The notes beneath the pieces are model-generated. The model worked only from the letters and a program-made list of their open reading frames with translations, ran no database searches and was not told where the DNA came from. The position numbers and the translations under genes were made by a program. Below, one piece after another: positions 63,247 through 64,000 of a stretch of 64,000 bases of DNA. This DNA comes from a bacterium (lineage in GTDB: Bacteria > Verrucomicrobiota > Verrucomicrobiia > Chthoniobacterales > UBA6821). Numbering within the stretch: the stretch's first letter is position 1; the number at the start of each line of letters is the position of its first letter. Where the stretch lies: the NCBI GenBank assembly GCA_021849805.1, contig JAJZSL010000010.1, forward strand, positions 292 to 64,291, in the 5' to 3' direction.

Positions 63247-63307
63247 CGAAGAGATTAAGATGAAAGACTAGAGTATTCTCTTTTTTTCTTGAATGAATTT
63301 TAGCGAT

Positions 63308-63338
63308 TTAAAAAAAACTTAAAAAAAACTTAAAAAAA
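63308..63338. repeat. 11-bp phased A-tract tandem repeat (TTAAAAAAAAC x ~3)
   Basis: Read directly in the divergent uvrC/GT2 intergenic region. Confidence 0.8.
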
Positions 63339-63556
63339 TTCTCTAACTGCCCCTTTGTAGGTCCCTACAGTGTTCACACTCTTGAATATTTCTTCTAAAT
63401 GGTCACTCTAGGAAAATTTGCTCTTCTTCTTTTGAGAATTCCTTGGGTGTAGAATTTTAAGAAAACTTTAGAAAACATAAGGAGTTCTTTTTTAAAAATT
63501 CAGACTAGGAATACTTTACCCTTGATGTCTCCTTGAGGACTCAAGAAGCTCTTTGA

Positions 63557-64000
63557 ATGATCATTTCTATCACCATTCCTATCTACAATGAACGGGAAGC
63601 AATCACTCCACTTTTCACTAAGATTGTGGAAGTGATGAATCGTTATGGAAAGCCATACGAAGTTATTTTTATTAATGATGGAAGCCATGATGGAAGTGCA
63701 GAGCTTCTCGATGAGCTTGCTGCTGCTCATCAAGAAGCAAAGGTGATTCATTTTCGACGGAATTTTGGCCAAACAGCAGCCATGATGGCTGGCTTTGATT
63801 ATGCGTGTGGTGAAATCATTATTCCTATGGATGGGGACTATCAAAATGATCCTGAGGATATCCCACGTATGCTTGCCAAACTTGAGGAAGGTTATGATGT
63901 CTGCTCAGGATGGCGTCGAGACCGTCAGGATAATGCTCTGCAGCGAAATATCCCTAGCATGATGGCTAACAAACTGATTTCCTTCATTTCAGGAGTTCGC
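63557..64000 (+). CDS. Glycosyltransferase family 2 (DPM1/ArnC-like), runs off window end
   Basis: MIISITIPIYNE, EVIFINDGSHDGS, RRNFGQTAA, MDGDYQNDP; absent from ORF track because truncated. Confidence 0.92.
   Translation, partial: MIISITIPIYNEREAITPLFTKIVEVMNRYGKPYEVIFINDGSHDGSAELLDELAAAHQEAKVIHFRRNFGQTAAMMAGFDYACGEIIIPMDGDYQNDPEDIPRMLAKLEEGYDVCSGWRRDRQDNALQRNIPSMMANKLISFISGVR

Noticed and set aside
63500-63844. 114-aa minus-strand ORF
   Set aside because: Antisense shadow of the GT2 gene starting at 63557.

Overview
About 40% GC (by eye), gene-dense bacterial chromosome segment. The MiaB, SufB, GAPDH and conserved hypothetical proteins point to Verrucomicrobia (PVC superphylum; inference). 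It carries about 58 CDS, mostly housekeeping: nuoBC, nadC-birA-tsaD, thiHS, feoAAB, gmd-fcl, alaS, sufCBD, miaB, gap-pgk-tpiA, rplM-rpsI, thyA-folA and uvrC. There are 3 tRNAs (Arg-TCT, Thr-CGT, Leu-TAA). I found no transposase, integrase, CRISPR array or rRNA. The strongest unannotated signal is a dense set of short non-autonomous palindromic elements in the intergenic DNA. Two ~165-bp subfamilies have different arms but share TATAGT...ACTATA ends and a GCGTTCTCA..TTATC-N4/5-GATAGCGCT..TTTTCGGCCTTGCC core; there are 7 copies, one inserted inside an older copy and two just downstream of tRNAs. Two copies of an RPE1-like element and one dRS3/REP-like remnant are also present. Other points of interest: an orphan CesT-type T3SS chaperone, a frameshift-split effector-like orphan gene, a uvrC-(6-4)photolyase-DUF429-like nuclease cluster, a eukaryote-like CBS/CGL pair, and a deoxyhypusine-synthase-family gene coupled to sufD. 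All calls come from motif recognition by eye; no database searches were run.
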